Assembly (NCBI RefSeq): GCF_036321535.1
Contig: NC_087472.1
Coordinates: forward strand, 94,862,001-94,926,000
Direction: 5' to 3'
DNA length: 64,000 bases
Origin: Camelus dromedarius
Taxonomy: Eukaryota
Made by a program: the position numbers and the translations under genes. This document shows positions 61,808 through 64,000 of this stretch, piece after piece (within the stretch, counting starts at the first letter, position 1; the number at the start of each line of letters is the position of its first letter). The notes below the pieces were generated by a model. The model was not told the DNA's origin, made no database searches, and saw only the letters and a list, made by a program, of their open reading frames with translations.

Positions 61808-62382
61808 GTGTTTTATACAGCCAGAAGTATAGGAAACTGTCCATGTTCAGCAATGAATATGCAATACAGGAGTTTCTGAAAATGAAAAAATGACAGTACG
61901 TGATAAAGCAAAATAAAGATAACTGCCTTCTGAACCAGTAGTACTGTTTAGTTGTATAAAAAGTATGTAACAGCCAGCAAATCATTCAGACCTTTCAGCA
62001 GAGCATATTAAAGAAACAAGATGATAAAGTGCCAAAATAAGGAAAGTTTTTTACTTGTAAGTGTGAATGAAAAATATTGCAAACCATATCAGTAAACAGA
62101 GAATACTGAAATCATCAAGTCATCAGCCACTGCCGCCACCCCCCCACCCATGAAGACAAGCCTGCAGCCCAGCCTCTGCAGCCACTCACAGTGGTGCCCT
62201 CTGAGGGGACTCAGAATAAGAAAGGACAGGATACTGTGAGGATAAAATTTCAAAGTCACAAAGAAATATGGGATTATATCAATAAGAGTGAAATCTTTAA
62301 TGAGTTTGTTAACAGTACAGTTTGTCATTGAAATCTTTATGAAGAGGAATTCTGAGTGCAGAAAATATGTGAGATATAGCTA

Positions 62383-62940
62383 TTATCAGGGAGGAAGGAA
62401 TATCTCTCTGCCCTTCTAGGTTCTTCTGGCTGGTCTAAGAATTAAATTGATATGAGACAGATTAATAGGATAAAATTAAACAAAATTTAATAACATGTAG
62501 ACATAGGAGAGACCCAGGAGAACTGAGTCACTCACCAAAATGGCCAAAACCCTCACCTTGAATATCATCTTCAGCTAAAGACAAAAGAGGATGTTGGGGC
62601 TAGTGGTTTGGGACTTCAAAGGAAGGAAGGCAATTCACAGGGAGATGGAAAAGCAAATGTTTGGTAAACAAATGCTTACTGGGCCAGGCAGAGACAATGG
62701 GACACAGACTGGACTCTGATCTCTAGGCCCTGCCAAGTTTCTCCCACCACACCTAACCTCTGTTCTATGCAGATATCTATGGTGATAGCTCTATTCAGGG
62801 AACTATGTCTAAATTCTTTTAGGCAACTTAAGGGGATGGTCAGAGTTTCTTCCTGAGTTTTTTGGGCCTTGTGTCTTTTCAGCTCGAAATAATCTGCATG
62901 CCAAAAAGACATTTTGGGGTGGCAAGTTTTGCTCCCTGAT
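62383..62940 (-). mobile_element. Solo ERV1 LTR, inverted relative of 55947-56444
   Basis: Reverse-complement similarity (ggtctaagaattaaattga / tcaatttaattcttagacc), GCTA repeated at the flanks, empty site at ~30468. Confidence 0.75.
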
Positions 62941-64000
62941 GCTAACTAGGAAAGTAACAACATTCACAGTAGAGAAGAAAAATTAAGAAAGTCATGAATT
63001 CCATTTCTGCTTAGGTGATACTCACATTGTAACAGATACTCATATGTTAACTTAAGAAACACTGTGTTCAGTAACAGCCCATGAAGGAAAATGCTGATTT
63101 ACTTTTCATTGTTCTTTGGGAAATCAAGGAGTGTTTAAATAAAAGTACATTTTTAGTCACTACTTAGAATTAATGGCAGCAATGAAAAAATGACATATTT
63201 TTAAGTAACACAATTTCTTCATAATGAGCTTTGTTGATAAATATATGGGCATAGCATTTACAACACTGAAAGTGATCACTGTTATTTATTGCTGCCAATA
63301 TTGCCTTCATAGAGTCCTTCATGTAAATAACAAATATAGTCATGTCAGGGGGAATATATTTTAGATATAAATGTAATTTCTGCTTTTAAAATATGATTAA
63401 TACTTTTTAATACTTTTTCTGGAGGGAGGTTCTTAAGTTGGTTGAGTACACATACCCAACTACTAGTAATTTATTTCCCTATTTAGAAAAGCAGTAAGTA
63501 AATCAGAAGCTGAAAAGAATCAGGCAAGAAGTTAATTAATACTGGGTAGGGGGAAAAAAGCCTCTAGAGGTTGTATGTTTATTTTTGGTGTCTAAATCAC
63601 ATTTTGAATATTTACATTGTCTTATCATTTAAATGTAATTCATATGTGTTTCAGCAGTGTTGGAAACTGTCAAACATAAGTAAAAATTTAAAATCCTGTA
63701 ATTTTCTACCATCAGGAGAGGAACCTTGTTTGTGTTTTGCTTTACAGGTTTATACTCTGCTACTTATATTTGAATATGTCTGTATGAACATATATATGTA
63801 TGTATACATATACACACATATACATATGTGTGTTCACATATGTAACATATATACATGTATGTTAGTTGTGTGGATGTGGATGTGTGTCCCACAACCTTTT
63901 GATCTTAGTTTTAATTTGAATGAGTTTGAAATGTTGGTTTTTATTTTGGGAAATTTGCATGTTGCAGTAATTTGGCTTTTAAATTTGTATTATACTACCA

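Overview
Mammalian (eutherian) genomic DNA containing part of a MAGE-B cancer/testis gene cluster, with every MAGE copy on the minus strand. It holds an intact MAGEB5-like gene (5127-6197), two MAGEB6-like genes that encode an identical 342-aa protein (14976-16004 and 38983-40011), and two decayed MAGE-B pseudogenes (~26.1-27.0 kb and ~35.2-36.2 kb). The rest is L1, MaLR/ERVL and ERV1 LTR repeats. Cetartiodactyl-type L1 3' ends without ruminant or pig SINEs suggest a camelid; that assignment and X-linkage are inferences. Main signals: (1) an old tandem duplication with clearly diverged flanks (roughly 75-85% by eye), inside which a sharply bounded, indel-free 3,359-bp tract (CDS plus promoter array) is near-identical with only 2 synonymous differences seen, pointing to gene conversion; (2) a young, internally deleted betaretrovirus-like provirus (9380-14302, LTRs ~98% identical, 5-bp TSD) with a tRNA-Trp-like primer-binding site and G-to-A changes at catalytic codons typical of APOBEC3 editing; (3) ~200-bp promoter/splice-donor modules arrayed upstream of the MAGE genes. 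Paralog and repeat-family names come from recalled motifs, not database searches.
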